Part shown: positions 53,018-62,826 of the stretch, piece by piece
Position numbering within the stretch: the stretch's first letter is position 1
How the letters are laid out: each line of letters starts with the position of its first letter
NCBI GenBank assembly: GCA_903928015.1
Contig: CAIYPF010000143.1
Span: 2,980 to 66,979, forward strand
Reading direction: 5' to 3'
DNA: 64,000 nucleotides
Source of the DNA: an uncultured Gammaproteobacteria bacterium
GTDB lineage: Bacteria > Pseudomonadota > Gammaproteobacteria > Pseudomonadales > UBA5518
Program-made: the position numbers and the translations under genes
The notes under the pieces: model-generated
The model's input: only the letters and a program-made list of their open reading frames with translations
Told to the model about the DNA's origin: nothing
The model's database searches: none

Positions 53018-55049
53018 GCATCCCCTCCTCCACTGCCTTGCGGATCAACCCGAGGCCGGTGCAATCGCCCGCCGTATGCACTTCCACGCCACGCGCTCGC
53101 AGGGCATCGGCAAGCGTGGTATCGGGCATCGCCTCGCCTGCCAGCACCACCGCATCGGCCGGAATCTCCGAGTTGCGGCCGGCGAAGCTGAATCGCAGCC
53201 CGCTGCCGCTCACCGACAGCGGCGTGACACCCGCCAGCACTTCCACACCCAGGCGGTCGAGCCGCTGGAGTTGCTCCTGCCGGCGCTTCGGCCCGATCTC
53301 GGGCGCGAAGACCGTTGCGCCGGAGGCAAGCGTGATCTGTCTGCCGCGCTTGGCGAGAAATTCGGCCAACTCCACCGCGGCCAGATCCGAACCCAGCACC
53401 ACCACCCGCTGTCCTAGCGGCATCCACGCGCGGCTGAGCTGCCGCAATTGGACGGGCCGCAGCCAGGGCTGGACACGGGGCATGGCCTGCCTGGCAATCC
53501 AGCGCGCAAGCGCCGGAAGCTGAGCGGCATCACCGGGCTCCAGCGTACCTGCAAGGAACTCGCGTAGCAGCGCACCGCTCCAGACACGCGGCGAGGACGC
53601 ACCCGGCAGATCCGGCGTTTCGACGCGCGCGCCGGTGCAGACAATCACCGCATCGGGCTTCTCGCGCAACACCAGCGCCTCGTCCACCGGCTCACCGAGC
53701 AGCACCCTGACACCGGAGCGGCGGATCTCGCCGAGGAGGTAATCGAGCAGGCGCTGGTTGTCGGCGTGCACCGTGGCGGCGTAGAAGAGCGAGCCTCCCA
53801 GACGCTGCGAGCGCTCGACCAGGGTTACGCGGTGGCCGCGCAACGCCGCCACGCGGGCGGCCTCGAGGCCAGCTGTTCCGCCACCGGCAACCAGCACGTG
53901 GCGCGGCTTTGCAGCAGGCGTCAGCGCCAGCGCCTCCTCTCGCCCCACCTGGGCATTCACGGCGCAGTTCATGTTGGCGTCGAAGGGGGCGATGAGCATC
54001 GAGTCGATGCAGTTCTGGCAACTCAGGCAGCGACGGATGCCGGCAGCATTTCCTGCGCGGAGCTTGTTCGGCAGTTCGGGGTCGGCGAGCAGCGGGCGGG
54101 CCATCACGATCAGATCGGCGCTGCCCTCGGCGAGTATGCGCTCGGCCTGATCGGGATCGTGGATGCGGCCCACCACCATCACGGGCACGTCGACCACGCG
54201 CTTGATCGCGCGCGCCACGGCCACGTTGTAGCCATCGCGATAGCCGGGACCGCAGACGATCTGCGCCACGATCTTGTCGTGGGATACACCGCCGCTTACC
54301 TGTATCGCGCTCACGCCCGCCTCGACCAGCAGCGGCGCGATCATCTGCGTGTCCTGCAGTTCGCGTCCGTCGTAGGCGTCCTCGTATCCCGAAATCCTGA
54401 GCGTGATCGGGAAATCCGCACCCGCACGCGCGCGGATGTGGCGGATGGTTTCGAGCAGGAAGCGGGTGCGCCCTTCCAGCGTTGCCCCGGTGTAGGCGTC
54501 ATCGCGGCGGTTACGGGTTGGGCTCAGAAAGGAACCCAGCAGCATGTAGGCGTGCGCTGCGTGCAGTTCCATGCCGTCGTAGCCAGCCTCGCGGGCGCGG
54601 CAGGCAGCGTCGCCGTAGAGCGCGGTAACGCGGGCGATCTCGTCCGTGTCCATCACGCGGCTCGGCCACCCGGTGCCGGCGTTCACGTTTACCGACGGGC
54701 CCACCGGATCGGTCATCGATTCCGGGCCCGGGTGGCTGATCTGTGGCTGGATGCGTGCACCGAGCGCGTGGACCCGGCGCACGAGTTCGCGGTGCCCGGC
54801 AATGAAGCGGTCTTCGCCAAGTGAAAGCGACTGCGGCTGATACCGTTGGGCCGAATCGACGGAGCACATCTCGACTGTGATCAACCCCACGCCACCCGCT
54901 GCACGCGCCTCGTGGTAGCGGATGAGACGCTCGCTGACGGCAAGATCCGGCGTGCCGTAGTTGGTGGTCATGGCAGACATCACGAGACGGTTGCGCAGCT
55001 GCAGCGTGCCGATGGCAACGGGGCTCAGCAGACGGGCGAATCGGCTCAT
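52998..55049 (-). CDS. NADH:flavin oxidoreductase (OYE-like) fused to an FAD/NAD(P) domain, 2,4-dienoyl-CoA reductase (FadH) / BaiH-like
   Basis: ATG 55049 (MSRFARLLSPVAIGTLQLRNRLVMSAM). 4Fe-4S motif RRCLSCQNC and a second dinucleotide fold VLVAGGGTAGLEAARVAALRGHRVTLVE. The 3' end overlaps the PQQ-dehydrogenase start by 20 nt. Confidence 0.85.
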   Translation of the reverse strand: MSRFARLLSPVAIGTLQLRNRLVMSAMTTNYGTPDLAVSERLIRYHEARAAGGVGLITVEMCSVDSAQRYQPQSLSLGEDRFIAGHRELVRRVHALGARIQPQISHPGPESMTDPVGPSVNVNAGTGWPSRVMDTDEIARVTALYGDAACRAREAGYDGMELHAAHAYMLLGSFLSPTRNRRDDAYTGATLEGRTRFLLETIRHIRARAGADFPITLRISGYEDAYDGRELQDTQMIAPLLVEAGVSAIQVSGGVSHDKIVAQIVCGPGYRDGYNVAVARAIKRVVDVPVMVVGRIHDPDQAERILAEGSADLIVMARPLLADPELPNKLRAGNAAGIRRCLSCQNCIDSMLIAPFDANMNCAVNAQVGREEALALTPAAKPRHVLVAGGGTAGLEAARVAALRGHRVTLVERSQRLGGSLFYAATVHADNQRLLDYLLGEIRRSGVRVLLGEPVDEALVLREKPDAVIVCTGARVETPDLPGASSPRVWSGALLREFLAGTLEPGDAAQLPALARWIARQAMPRVQPWLRPVQLRQLSRAWMPLGQRVVVLGSDLAAVELAEFLAKRGRQITLASGATVFAPEIGPKRRQEQLQRLDRLGVEVLAGVTPLSVSGSGLRFSFAGRNSEIPADAVVLAGEAMPDTTLADALRARGVEVHTAGDCTGLGLIRKAVEEGMRAACTV

Positions 55050-55181
55050 GCGCACGCACCGAAAACAGTTCAACCGGAAGGTAACATCGCTTGCCTTATC
55101 GGTAAAGCAACGTTGACAGTATCGGCTGGCACTCCCTAGCATCCCTCTCAAACCGACACATCACTCGAACAAGGCCACCTC

Positions 55182-56042
55182 ATGAGCAGGCTTCCGGTAG
55201 GTTTCATCGGCCTCGGCAATATGGGCAAGCCGATGGCCCGCAACCTGGTCTGCGACTCCCTGGACGCGTGGATTCACGATGTGCAGCAAGCGCCGGTGGA
55301 TGAACTCGTCGCGCTCGGTGCGCGTGCGGCATCACCGGCCGACATCGCCCGTCACTGCAGCATCATCGGGCTGTGCGTGCGCGATGACCGCGACGTCGAG
55401 GCCCTGCTCTACGGCGAAGAGGGGATGCTGGCGCTCGCGGCACCAGGCACGGTCATCGCGGTCCACAGCACCGTCACGCAGGCCGGACTGCTGCGCTGGG
55501 CGCAGGACGCGGCCGCACGCGGCATCGACCTGATCGATGCGCCCGTGACCCGCGGCAAACTCGGCAAGGAGCCGCATTTCATCTGCTACATGGTCGGCGG
55601 GGATGCCGCCGTCCTGGAGCGCTGCAGGCCGGTGCTCGAGACATCTGCCGAATCGATCATCCACGCCGGCCCGCTCGGCGCCGGCATCGCGCTGAAGCTG
55701 TGCAACAACATGATCACGTACATGGAGTTCATCGCCATGAGCGAGGCGCTCGCCATTGCCGAGCGCTCGGGGCTGACGCTGGAGGTACTGGCCGAGGTCG
55801 GACAGGGCAACGGCGTGATAAACGAGCGCATGGTCGCCTTCGCTTCCAACCGCAGGAAGCTCCGTGATCAACTTGGAGAGTCCGGTTTTGCCGCCGCCTT
55901 CGGGCCATTCGGCAAGCTGGCCGAGAAAGATATCGACGCAGCGCTGGACACGGCACGCAGCCTCGGCCTGCACCTGCCCTCGATCGAACTCGCCAGAACC
56001 TCGATCCACGACGTATTCATGAACAGGGGCCACGACGCATGA
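55182..56042 (+). CDS. NAD(P)-dependent 3-hydroxyisobutyrate-dehydrogenase-family oxidoreductase
   Basis: 286 aa, with the VGFIGLGNMGKPMARNL motif. The stop overlaps the next ATG (ATGA). Confidence 0.85.
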   Translation: MSRLPVGFIGLGNMGKPMARNLVCDSLDAWIHDVQQAPVDELVALGARAASPADIARHCSIIGLCVRDDRDVEALLYGEEGMLALAAPGTVIAVHSTVTQAGLLRWAQDAAARGIDLIDAPVTRGKLGKEPHFICYMVGGDAAVLERCRPVLETSAESIIHAGPLGAGIALKLCNNMITYMEFIAMSEALAIAERSGLTLEVLAEVGQGNGVINERMVAFASNRRKLRDQLGESGFAAAFGPFGKLAEKDIDAALDTARSLGLHLPSIELARTSIHDVFMNRGHDA

Positions 56043-57514
56043 ACACCCTTCCCGCCGGCGAGAGCCGGCTGCTGATCGACGGCAAACTCGTTCCCGCACG
56101 CTCGGGCAAGGTCTACCCGAACATCGATCCGGCCACCGAGCAAACCGTCGGCCATGTCTGCGACGCAGGCCCGGAAGACATGGAGGCGGCAATTGCGGCG
56201 GCCCGCCGTGCCTTCGACCACACCGACTGGTCCACGAACCATGCGTTCCGCCTGCATTGCCTGCGGCAACTGCGCGATGCGCTGACAGCAGCAAGGGACC
56301 ACCTCCGCCCCCTGATCGCGGCGGAGACCGGAGCGCCCATGGGCATCTGCGGCGCCGGCGGCCCGCAATGCGATGTGCCGATCGGCTTCGGCGACTGGCT
56401 GCTCGGATTCCTGCCGGAGTACCCGTGGGAACGCGATCTGGGCGAGGCCACGATCCTCGGCGTGCGCAGCCGCCGCACGGTCTACAAGGAGGCCATCGGC
56501 GTCGTGGGCGCCATCACGCCCTGGAACGTGCCGCTGCAGATCAATCTCGCCAAATGCACACCCGCGCTCGCCGCCGGATGCACGGTGGTACTCAAAGCCG
56601 CGCCCGACACGCCCTGGTCGGCCACCGAATTCGGCCGCATCGTGGCCGAGCACACAGACATCCCGCCGGGCGTATTCAACGTCATCACGGCCTCCGACCC
56701 GCGCGAACTGGGCGAGCAACTCGTGCGCGATCCGCGCGTGGACATGATCTCCTTCACCGGCTCGACGCAGGTGGGACGACAGATCATGTCGATGGCCTCC
56801 GCCACGGTGAAGAAAGTCTTCCTGGAACTCGGCGGCAAATCGGCCAACGTCATGCTCGACGATGCCGACCTGCAAAAGAGCCTGCTCTCCGCGCTCGCCG
56901 TGTGCTTCCACGCAGGCCAGGGATGCGCCATCGCCACCCGTCTCCTCATTCCCCGCAGCCGGCAGGCCGAGGTGGAGGAAATTCTCAAACAGTACTTCGG
57001 CTTCATTGCCTACGGAGATCCCGCAAGCGACCAGCAGATCATGGGCCCGCTGGTAAACCGGCGGCAGATGGAACGCGTGCTCGACTACATCCGCATCGGC
57101 AAGGAAGAAGGCGCGCGGCTGTTGCTCGGCGGCGGACGTCCTGCACACCTGCCGAAAGGCTATTACGTGGAGCCCACGGTATTCATGGACGTGCGCAACG
57201 ACATGCGCATAGCGCAGGAAGAGATCTTCGGACCGGTGCTTTCGGTGATTGCCTACGACACGGAAGAAGAGGCTCTCGCCATCGCAAATGACTCGATCTT
57301 CGGGCTCTCCGGCGGCGTCTGGTCGGCGAGCGAGGCACGCGCGCTCGCCTTCGCCAAGCGCATGCGCACCGGCACCGTGAATGTGAACGGCGGCAACTTC
57401 TACGGCGCCGACGCGCCCTTCGGCGGCTACCGCCAGAGCGGCATCGGGCGGGAGATGGGCGTCGAGGGATTCGAGGAATACCTCGAGACCAAGACCGTGG
57501 CGATCGGCCTGTGA
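56039..57514 (+). CDS. NAD(P)+ aldehyde dehydrogenase
   Basis: 491 aa. ELGGKSANVM and GQGCAIATRLL (catalytic Cys) motifs. Confidence 0.9.
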   Translation: MNTLPAGESRLLIDGKLVPARSGKVYPNIDPATEQTVGHVCDAGPEDMEAAIAAARRAFDHTDWSTNHAFRLHCLRQLRDALTAARDHLRPLIAAETGAPMGICGAGGPQCDVPIGFGDWLLGFLPEYPWERDLGEATILGVRSRRTVYKEAIGVVGAITPWNVPLQINLAKCTPALAAGCTVVLKAAPDTPWSATEFGRIVAEHTDIPPGVFNVITASDPRELGEQLVRDPRVDMISFTGSTQVGRQIMSMASATVKKVFLELGGKSANVMLDDADLQKSLLSALAVCFHAGQGCAIATRLLIPRSRQAEVEEILKQYFGFIAYGDPASDQQIMGPLVNRRQMERVLDYIRIGKEEGARLLLGGGRPAHLPKGYYVEPTVFMDVRNDMRIAQEEIFGPVLSVIAYDTEEEALAIANDSIFGLSGGVWSASEARALAFAKRMRTGTVNVNGGNFYGADAPFGGYRQSGIGREMGVEGFEEYLETKTVAIGL

Positions 57515-58305
57515 ACCGCCCTCTGCAGGATCGGGTCTACATCGTCACCGGCGCCTCCAGGGGCTTCGGCGAGGCCATCGCACGCGCGCTGGTCGATGCC
57601 GGCGCCCGCGTCGGCATCACGGGCCGTGAGGCCTCGAGCATCGAGGCTGTGGCAGCGTCGCTCGGCGCGGGCAATGCGCTCGGCGTGGTCGCCGACGTGG
57701 CCGATACCCGCGCCGTCGCCGAGGCTTTCGCCACCATCAAGGCGCACTTCGGCCGGCTAGACGGTCTGGTGAACAACGCAGGCCTTGCACGTCCGGGTTC
57801 GGTGCACACGCTGCAGGAAGCCGAGGTCCGCCTGCAGGTCGAGACCAATTTCCTCGGCACCGTGTTCTGCTGCCAGGCCGCCGTGCCGCTGCTTCGCGGC
57901 GGCGACAACCCGCGCATCGTGAACATTTCCTCGGCAAGCGCCGAGCACCACGACGAGATGTCGCACCTCTCGATCTACGCCGCCACCAAGCGCGCGGTGG
58001 AGCGTTTCTCCCGCGATATGCGCCGTGAACTCCAGGCCGACGGCATCGGCGTGACCATCCTGCGCCCGGGCAACGCCCCCACAGCCTTCGCGGCAGGTTG
58101 GGACAGCGAGCGCTTCGGTACCGCGCTCGAAGCCTGGTACAAGGCGGGCAGCGAGATGGACGTCGGCATGGACGTGGCCCACGTAGGCGCGAGCGTGGCC
58201 TGGTGCCTGGCGAGCCCGCCCGGTGTCTCGGTGGACGTGCTCGAGGTACGCCCCAACATGCGGATTCCCAAACCCCCCAAATCGCTTCTGATGGGCGAGG
58301 GCTGA
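57511..58305 (+). CDS. Short-chain dehydrogenase/reductase (SDR)
   Basis: 264 aa. The GTG start overlaps the upstream stop (GTGA). VYIVTGASRGFGEAI and YAATK motifs. Confidence 0.85.
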   Translation: MNRPLQDRVYIVTGASRGFGEAIARALVDAGARVGITGREASSIEAVAASLGAGNALGVVADVADTRAVAEAFATIKAHFGRLDGLVNNAGLARPGSVHTLQEAEVRLQVETNFLGTVFCCQAAVPLLRGGDNPRIVNISSASAEHHDEMSHLSIYAATKRAVERFSRDMRRELQADGIGVTILRPGNAPTAFAAGWDSERFGTALEAWYKAGSEMDVGMDVAHVGASVAWCLASPPGVSVDVLEVRPNMRIPKPPKSLLMGEG

Positions 58306-58370
58306 TTCGGCTGCCCGATCCCGCGGAGCGTGCAGGACAGCCGCGAGCGAAAACGGCCACGGCGCCCGGA

Positions 58371-58395
58371 GCTGGGGGTTAGAATACCCCCCAGC
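58371..58395 (+). terminator. Stem-loop (8-bp GC-rich stem, 9-nt loop) between the SDR gene and the sensor-kinase gene; weak terminator candidate
   Basis: GCTGGGGG-ttagaatac-CCCCCAGC, read directly from the sequence. There is no downstream T-tract, so intrinsic-terminator function is doubtful. Confidence 0.3.
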
Positions 58396-58461
58396 CACAA
58401 CTCTGCTGCCCGGCGGTAGATTCATGAGCACCAGCCAACCCAACTACGTCGAGGCGCGCCG

Positions 58462-61400
58462 ATGAACACCGCCGCGCCTCCGGGCCATCGCTTCGGATTG
58501 CGCCAATGGCTGGTCGGTGCTTTCTTCGCCGCGTTCATCCTTGTCCTCGGCTTTTACAGCCTCGCGCAACAGCGGGTAGAGCGCAGCTACGAACGCCGGC
58601 ACGATTTCTTTTTTCTTGCTCAGGAACTCCGGCAATCCTCTGACGATCTGAGCCGCTTCGCGAAAAGCTATGTCGACACTGGCGACGCCCGCTACCGCGA
58701 CTATTACGAGCGCGTGCTTGGCATCCGCGACGGCCGCCTCCCCCACCCGGTCGACTACGACAACGTCTATTGGGACCTCGTGACCGCGAGCGGAACCGCG
58801 CCCACCCCTGACGGCCTGCGCAGCATCGCGTTGCTCGATCTGATGCGTGAAAGCGGTTTCAGCGCCGAGGAACTCGCTCTTGCAGAGGCAGCGCACGCCG
58901 CCTCTGAAGCCCTCAGCGCGGTCGAACTGTCGGCAATGCAGACCGCAGCGGACCGGACAGTCGGCGTTGACTCGGGACGTGAACGCGCAAGCGCAATGCT
59001 CCACGACCAGCGCTACCTCGAGGCCAAGGCAAGGGTCATGGAGCCGCTCCACCGACTCCATGAGGTGCTGGAGTTGCGCACCCGTGACGAGGTCAGCCGT
59101 GCCGGAGAATGGGCTTTCGTGTTGCGGGTGTCGGTAGCACTGCTCGCTCTCGCACTGTTCTCCCTGGTGATCGACACCTTCCGTGTGTCGATCCGCATGC
59201 TCGGCGCCCCGCTCGACCTGGTGCAGGACGCCATCGCGCGGATCGGCAAGGGAGATTTCAGCTCACCGCTGGACCGCGGCGTTGACGCTGCCGTGGCAGG
59301 CAACAACCTGCTTGGCTGGCTGGAGCGCAGCCGCCGGGCCCTGGGGGACGCCCAATCACTCAGGCAGCAGGACGAAGCGGCACTGCGAGCCAGCGAAAGG
59401 CACTGGAGGGCCTACTTCGAAAGCCCTCTGGTAGGCATGGCCGCGGTATCACCCGAGGGCAGGCTGGTGGAGGCCAATGCCCGCTTGCTGGAGATGGGCG
59501 GCTACCGCTGGGATGAACTGCGTCTGGACGACTGGCAAAGCTATGCCTGGTCGGAAGACGACAACAAGCGCCTGGAATTGCAGCGCAAACTCCTCAAGGG
59601 CGAGATCCGCGATTACACCCAGAGCGCCTGGCTGTTGCGCAAGGACGGCTCACATCTGCCCGTGCGGGCCTATGCGAGTCGCGCCTGCGGGGAAGACGGC
59701 AGCCTCGACTACATCGTTCTCATGATCTCTGACCTGAGCGACGAGAAAGCGGCCGAAAAGGCCTTGCGCGAGTCAGAGCATCGATTCCGGTCCATCGCCG
59801 AAGTGTCGGCAGACTGGATCTGGGAAATGGACGCAACGGGCCATTACACCTATGTCTCTGCCACCGTCGAAAGCAGTCTTGGTTACAGCACCGGAGAAAT
59901 CCTGGGGCGCAGGGCCTTCGATTTCATGGAAGCGCGTTCGGCCGTAACCACCGAAGAACAGTTCGAACTGGTCAGTCGCACCTTCCGCAATATCGAGCAC
60001 AGGCTCTTCCACAAGGACGGATCGGTACGGATCTTCCTCAGTTCCGGCACGCCCATTCTCGATGCCTCGGGCACGCTCTGCGGGCTGCGTGGCGTGAACC
60101 AGGACATCACCGCCCGCAAGGCCATCGAGAAGGAACTCGAGCAGCACCGCCAGCACCTCGAAGCTCTGGTAGCAGCGCGCACCGCTGAACTCGAACAGAC
60201 CCGTGATGCCGCCGAATCGGCCAACCGCGCCAAGAGCGCCTTCCTGGCCACCATGAGCCACGAACTGCGCACACCCATGAACGCGATCCTGGGCATGACC
60301 TACCTGCTGCGGCGTGACGCCGATCCCGCCCAGATGGATCGGCTCGCCAAGATCGAGACTGCCGGAAGGCACCTCCTCGGTTTGCTGAACGACGTGCTCG
60401 ACCTCTCGCGCATCGAAGCCGACCGGCTGGAACTCGAGGAAACCGACTTCAGCCTCACATCCGTGCTCGATCAGTCGCGGGTGCTGATGTCAGAGGCTGC
60501 CCGTGGCAAAGGCCTTGAACTGCGCGTCGAAAACAAGGGCGTGCCGCTCTGGCTGCGCGGCGACCCGACCCGGATCCGTCAGGCTCTGCTGAACTATGTC
60601 GGCAACGCCGTGAAGTTCACCGAGAGAGGCTCGGTGACCTTGCGCACGCGTGTGCTGGAAGACGACGGTCAGGCGCTGCTGCTGCGCTTCGAAGTGGAAG
60701 ACACCGGCCCCGGCATAGAGCCCGAAGCGGCCAGTCGGCTGTTCGAGACATTCGTGCAGGCCGATGCCTCGACCACGCGCCGCCACGGCGGCTCGGGACT
60801 CGGTCTCGTGATCACGCGCAGGCTCGCCAGGCTGATGAACGGCGAGGCCGGATTCGAGAGCCAGCCCGGCAAGGGAAGCCTGTTCTGGTTCACGGTCAGA
60901 GTGGATCGCGGATCCACGCCCTCGCTGAGCATACGGCCCGAGGAGCGTCGGGACCTGTTGCGCCGCCATCACGCGGGGCAGCGGATCCTGCTGGTCGAGG
61001 ATGACCCGGTGAACCGTGAAGTGGCCGCGGAAATGCTCTCGCGCAGCGGCCTGCTGATCGAAGAAGCGACCAACGGCCGCGAGGCCGTGGAAATGGTGGT
61101 CCAGGGCGGGTGGGACCTCGTGCTGATGGACGTCAACATGCCGGAGATGGACGGGTTGTCGGCCACGCGCGCGATACGCGCCCTGCCCGGCTGTGCCGGT
61201 CTTCCCATCGTCGCGCTCACGGCAAACGCCTTCGAGAACGATCGCAATGCCTGCCTTGCGGCCGGCATGAACGATTTCATCGCGAAGCCGATTTCCCCGG
61301 CCGCATTGCAGGAAGCCCTGCTGCGATGGCTTCCTGCCGGGAACGCCGCAGGGGCAGCGGCAGAGCGCAATGACGCGCCCACCGCCCGCAAGGAAGCCCA

Positions 61401-61605
61401 CGCACCGGATGTCATTGCCGCACTGCTGGTCGAACTGGAGTCCTTGCTGTCCTCCGGCGATCTGGCTTCAAGGCAACTTGCGCGTGACAACGCAGACGTT
61501 CTGCGCAGCGGCCTCGGCGACGTCGCAGAGGCCGTGTTCGATGCCATCGAACACTACGATTACGAAGCCGCCCAGATCCTGCTTGCCAGGGCGATGTCGG
61601 GCTGA
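58462..61605 (+). CDS. Hybrid sensor histidine kinase / response regulator (periplasmic helical sensor, HAMP, 2 PAS, HisKA, HATPase, REC)
   Basis: 1047 aa. Two TM segments flank a ~190-aa periplasmic region. H-box ATMSHELRTPMNAILG (His codon at 60258-60260). HATPase motifs DTGPGI and GGSGLGL. REC motifs LLVEDDPVNREV...LVLMDVNMPEMDG. Confidence 0.9.
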   Translation: MNTAAPPGHRFGLRQWLVGAFFAAFILVLGFYSLAQQRVERSYERRHDFFFLAQELRQSSDDLSRFAKSYVDTGDARYRDYYERVLGIRDGRLPHPVDYDNVYWDLVTASGTAPTPDGLRSIALLDLMRESGFSAEELALAEAAHAASEALSAVELSAMQTAADRTVGVDSGRERASAMLHDQRYLEAKARVMEPLHRLHEVLELRTRDEVSRAGEWAFVLRVSVALLALALFSLVIDTFRVSIRMLGAPLDLVQDAIARIGKGDFSSPLDRGVDAAVAGNNLLGWLERSRRALGDAQSLRQQDEAALRASERHWRAYFESPLVGMAAVSPEGRLVEANARLLEMGGYRWDELRLDDWQSYAWSEDDNKRLELQRKLLKGEIRDYTQSAWLLRKDGSHLPVRAYASRACGEDGSLDYIVLMISDLSDEKAAEKALRESEHRFRSIAEVSADWIWEMDATGHYTYVSATVESSLGYSTGEILGRRAFDFMEARSAVTTEEQFELVSRTFRNIEHRLFHKDGSVRIFLSSGTPILDASGTLCGLRGVNQDITARKAIEKELEQHRQHLEALVAARTAELEQTRDAAESANRAKSAFLATMSHELRTPMNAILGMTYLLRRDADPAQMDRLAKIETAGRHLLGLLNDVLDLSRIEADRLELEETDFSLTSVLDQSRVLMSEAARGKGLELRVENKGVPLWLRGDPTRIRQALLNYVGNAVKFTERGSVTLRTRVLEDDGQALLLRFEVEDTGPGIEPEAASRLFETFVQADASTTRRHGGSGLGLVITRRLARLMNGEAGFESQPGKGSLFWFTVRVDRGSTPSLSIRPEERRDLLRRHHAGQRILLVEDDPVNREVAAEMLSRSGLLIEEATNGREAVEMVVQGGWDLVLMDVNMPEMDGLSATRAIRALPGCAGLPIVALTANAFENDRNACLAAGMNDFIAKPISPAALQEALLRWLPAGNAAGAAAERNDAPTARKEAHAPDVIAALLVELESLLSSGDLASRQLARDNADVLRSGLGDVAEAVFDAIEHYDYEAAQILLARAMSG

Positions 61606-61623
61606 ACGCAACGGAGACACTTC

Positions 61624-62814
61624 ATGGACACCTCCTTCAGCCCGGAGCAGGAAGCACTGCGCCGGGAACTCGCGACATACATGGCCGGACTGGTGACACC
61701 GGAGCTGCGCGCCGAGCTCGCGCGCCCCTTCGGCACGGAGGGCGGCGGCCCGGTCTGGCGCGCAGCACTGCGACAGATGGGCAAGGACGGCTGGATAGGC
61801 CTTGGCTGGCCACGCGAGTGGGGCGGGCGCGGATTCGGGCCCGTGGAGCAGTACATCTTCATCGAGGAAGTGACGCGCTCGGGCTTTCCCTTCCCTTACC
61901 TCACTCCGGAGTCCGTGGGGCCGGCGATCGCCGAGTTCGCCACCCCCGAGATCCGCAACCGGATACTGCCCGGCATCCTCGGCGGCGAACTGGTGATGGC
62001 GATCGGCTACAGCGAGCCGCAGGCGGGCACTGATCTCGCTGCGCTCGGCACGCGCGCGGTGCGCGAGGGCGACAGCTACGTCATCAACGGACAGAAGGTC
62101 TACACCTCGCTCGCGCACTTCGCGGATTACGTGTTTCTTGCGGTGAGGACGGGGGATCCTGCCACGCACCCGCGTCACAAGGGCATATCCATCCTGCTGG
62201 TGCCCACCGACAGCGCCGGCTTCTCGCGCACGCCCATCTACACCGTCGCCGAAGGCGAGACCAACACCACCTTCTACGACAACGTGCGCGTGCCCGTGAG
62301 CCATCTGGTCGGTGCCGAAAACCAGGGCTGGCAGGTGATCACAAGCCAGCTGAACCGCGAGCGGCTGACGCTGATGAACCCCGGCACGGCCAATCTCATG
62401 TACGCGCAGGTGCTGGCGCACGTCGAGCAGGAGCGTGACGCAAGCGGACATCGCCTGATCGACCTCCCGTGGGTGCAGACGGCGCTCGCACGCGTGCACG
62501 CATCCCTGCGCGCCTTGCAGCTCGCCTGCCGCCAGCAGGCCTGGGGCATCGCACAGCAGACCCTGAGTCCCGCCGAGGCATCCGCGGTCAAGGTCTATGG
62601 CTACGAGTGCTTCCTGCAGTGCTACCGGCTGATGCAGGAGGTTCTGGGGCCGGACGCCCTGATCAAGCGCGGCTACCCCGGGGCGATCCTCGACGGGCAA
62701 CTCGAGCACATCTACCGCGCAGTGCCGGTCTACGGCTTCGGCGGCGGTACCAACGAAATCCAGCGCGACCTCATCGCGCAGTTCGGTCTGGGCCTCGCCC
62801 GGGCGCGGCGCTGA
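61624..62814 (+). CDS. Acyl-CoA dehydrogenase (catalytic, alpha-type)
   Basis: 396 aa. GYSEPQAGTDLAAL and YGFGGGTNEIQRDLIA, which carries the catalytic Glu context. Confidence 0.85.
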   Translation: MDTSFSPEQEALRRELATYMAGLVTPELRAELARPFGTEGGGPVWRAALRQMGKDGWIGLGWPREWGGRGFGPVEQYIFIEEVTRSGFPFPYLTPESVGPAIAEFATPEIRNRILPGILGGELVMAIGYSEPQAGTDLAALGTRAVREGDSYVINGQKVYTSLAHFADYVFLAVRTGDPATHPRHKGISILLVPTDSAGFSRTPIYTVAEGETNTTFYDNVRVPVSHLVGAENQGWQVITSQLNRERLTLMNPGTANLMYAQVLAHVEQERDASGHRLIDLPWVQTALARVHASLRALQLACRQQAWGIAQQTLSPAEASAVKVYGYECFLQCYRLMQEVLGPDALIKRGYPGAILDGQLEHIYRAVPVYGFGGGTNEIQRDLIAQFGLGLARARR

Positions 62815-62826
62815 GGAAACGCGACC

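Noticed and set aside
58380-58385. TAGAAT hexamer in the loop of the 58371-58395 stem-loop, considered as a -10 box for the sensor-kinase gene.
   Set aside because: No acceptable -35 element at the proper spacing and no supporting evidence. A single hexamer match is not meaningful.
61300-61605. An Hpt (histidine phosphotransfer) domain at the C-terminus of the hybrid kinase.
   Set aside because: The tail is helical and of the right size, but I could not find the conserved HxxKG motif, so I do not call it.
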